A DNA stretch of 64,000 nucleotides from Callorhinchus milii (lineage: Eukaryota). A model generated the notes under the pieces. It saw only the letters and a list, made by a program, of their open reading frames with translations. It was not told where the DNA came from and did not search any database. Position numbers and translations under genes: made by a program. The stretch spans positions 8,186,001 through 8,250,000 of the forward strand of contig NW_024704743.1 in assembly GCF_018977255.1 (NCBI RefSeq), in the 5' to 3' direction. This document shows positions 62,038 through 64,000 of the stretch, piece after piece. Each line of letters starts with the position of its first letter. Positions within the stretch are counted from its first letter, which is position 1.

Positions 62038-62699
62038 TGGAAGTGTGAAACATGCAGCAAAAAGTATAAGTATATTTGGCATGTGATAGATTCAAATTAC
62101 AACTAATTACAACTTTGGACTGTATAATATACTACTTGTGATGCTTTGGAATCAGGCTTAAATTTTTTTTATCTGCTCCACTCTCTGGAACTCAATCCCG
62201 GAGAACCTCCAACTCGCTCCCCTTACCTCAGTCAAGTCTGTCTAAGACTGAACTCTTTGACCAGGCTTTTGGTCATCTTTCCTTTCCCCACCTCCTCGGC
62301 TCACACCTCTGGGGCTAAGCTAGGACTTTGGGATGTCCCGATGAGAAAGTTGCCATATAAATGTAAATTTATATTGTTTTTTATACATGTTGCCTTAGGA
62401 AACCCTACAGTAAAGGATTGAACTCTTGTGGAAAGAGTGAGCTGAAACATTATTAAATATTTTGATCCAAAATTAAAGAAATCTTAAAATGTACAGATGA
62501 AATACAGAAGACACAGTAATTTGTTAAATTGTCGCCACCTGGTGGTTCAGAGTATTACGTGCAAATTCTGAAAACTTTTTAAGCCTGATTCCAAAGCATC
62601 ACAAGCAGTATATTATACAGTCTAAAGTTGTAATTGCTAAGTGTGAATGTAGCACATGCCAAAAATACTTATACTTTTACTGCATGTTTCACACTTCCA
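62038..62699. repeat. Intronic inverted repeat pair, arms ~62038-62162 and ~62577-62699
   Basis: Exact complementary blocks of 20 nt (TGGAAGTGTGAAACATGCAG) and 28 nt (CTTGTGATGCTTTGGAATCAGGCTTAAA). Confidence 0.9.
62532..62547 (-). promoter_or_regulatory. CTCF consensus site, intronic
   Basis: Minus strand aaCCACCAGGTGGCGa matches the CTCF core CCASYAGRKGGCR; isolated GC-rich word in an AT-rich intron. Confidence 0.6.
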
Positions 62700-63296
62700 A
62701 TAATTCAAAAAGAATGAAATGATTGAACAACTATTTCGCCCGTAAACTATACAGTATATTCTGTGAAGCGCTTTGAGAGATCTCCAAGACGTGATAAGGC
62801 ACGATATCAAATGCAAGGATTATTATTATTAATTACAATTGCTACCAATATGAATAAATTGCAAATGTTAACACATGGGGTTTTATACAGATTTATGGGA
62901 TTTTATACATTTAGAGACTGATTTTGAAAAAGGTCTTGAAGGAACTTCCTACAGGAAAATCTGAGAGCCAGATACACTGAGCTGCTCTCCCACCCACATC
63001 TTGTGGCTGCCTCCGAAAATCATTACTAGGGTCAGGAAACAGATCACTTACTCATTCTCAATCAGGGAATGGTGTGGTGTAGAGTGCCTTGGGACGTCCT
63101 CCCAACATGAAAGGCGCTCTATAAATTTAATTTTGTTGTTGTAGGGGATCTAATCAGAAGCGTAAATTAAGAAAAGAACCATAGGATTTCAATCCGGTAT
63201 ATTTTGTTGATATTCAGGATATTAATGCAACACTCTATTAGTGCCAAATGGAAATGGTTTCACAAACATTGGCTTTTTATTTGTCAAATGGCTTAC

Positions 63297-63374
63297 CATG
63301 ATTAACTGCAAATCGAAGCTTCTGTATCACAGCTAAGTTGCCACTCACTCTGTAAAGACCATCAATGTCTAAAC
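63297..63374 (-). CDS. ARHGAP12: ARHGAP12 coding exon with catalytic arginine finger: (G)LDIDGLYRVSGNLAVIQKLRFAVNH(D)
   Basis: catcag|GT...CAT G|gtaagc; 78 bp, phase 1 to 1. GLYRVSG arginine-finger motif. QKLRFAVNH fits ARHGAP12 better than ARHGAP15, from recalled sequences. Confidence 0.94.
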
Positions 63375-63750
63375 CTGATGAGAGAAGATGAAACCATATA
63401 AAGAGAGGCACCGACACCAAGCACAAAGTCCTACTGGAGATTAGAAATGCTACAGGATAGTCACAACAAAATGTTTTCTTTTGCAAATCCACCATGATTT
63501 GGTCCTCCCACACCCACCCACATGCTGAACTCCACAGATCACAAATACCACATTATAAAAGCACAATTGTTTGAATCAGCTGTTTCCATTGGTTATTCTT
63601 CAAATAAAAATAAAGAGAAATAAAAATAGCATTTTTGGATTACCCTTCAACATTACTGCTCAACATAATAATAATAAGTGAATACTACAGAATACAGATA
63701 AATGCTATGCAAAATGTTGCTGTGAAAATTTTATTGTTCAAATTACATAC

Positions 63751-63849
63751 CCTCTTTTTCTACATGATCAATACACATCTTCACAAATTGCGGGATAGTG
63801 GTGTTCTCTCTCTGACACAGACTGTCTAGGTTACATCCAAACACCTGAT
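63751..63849 (-). CDS. ARHGAP12: ARHGAP12 internal coding exon, start of RhoGAP domain: (D)QVFGCNLDSLCQRENTTIPQFVKMCIDHVEKE(G)
   Basis: Minus strand ttcatacag|AT...GAG G|gtatgt; 99 bp, phase 1 to 1. VFG..L...VP.FV..CI..VE is the typical RhoGAP start. The gene continues upstream beyond the window. Confidence 0.93.
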
Positions 63850-64000
63850 CTGTATGAATGAAAGAAATACGTAGTAAAAATCTCATTTCATTTCCAATAT
63901 TAACATTGATCACATTGGGATGTTTCATTCAGATAATGGATTTTAAACTGGGATTATAAATAATTTTAACCAAAATAAATTGTGCATTAAAATGTTTTCA

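Noticed and set aside
50362..63849. Assignment to ARHGAP15, ARHGAP27 or ARHGAP9
   Set aside because: QKLRFAVNHDEKLDL, LPKPN.DTMQILF and KPEKETGNIAVH.VYQNQIVELIL fit recalled ARHGAP12 best; a reciprocal BLAST would confirm.

Overview
Repeat-rich vertebrate genomic DNA. The repeat repertoire (tRNA-headed SINEs with L2-type tails, L2, CR1 with (ATAGAATC)n tails, Penelope-like remnants) suggests a cartilaginous fish, probably a chimaera; this is inference. The only host protein-coding sequence I can support is the 3' end of ARHGAP12 on the minus strand: five RhoGAP-domain exons with GT-AG sites and continuous phase (63751-63849, 63297-63374, 58593-58727, 52345-52450, 50362-50539), then a ~1.1 kb 3'UTR. 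Positions 1 to ~49 kb look intergenic, with nested retroelements and several repeat-free islands that may be conserved enhancers (human ARHGAP12 lies tail-to-tail with ZEB1). Most notable: (1) an unclassified, hairpin-rich, A-tailed retroposon family with at least 7 copies, one with a perfect 15-bp target-site duplication (TSD); (2) two unrelated ~125-150 bp inverted-repeat pairs in ARHGAP12 introns, one enclosing a CTCF consensus; (3) decayed minimal hammerhead ribozymes in Penelope-like remnants; (4) a SINE sharing an exact 20-nt tail hairpin with an L2; (5) a CR1 with a twin-priming-like inversion. I found no clear new protein-coding system; almost all listed ORFs are LINE fragments or chance ORFs. 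Repeat boundaries are approximate.
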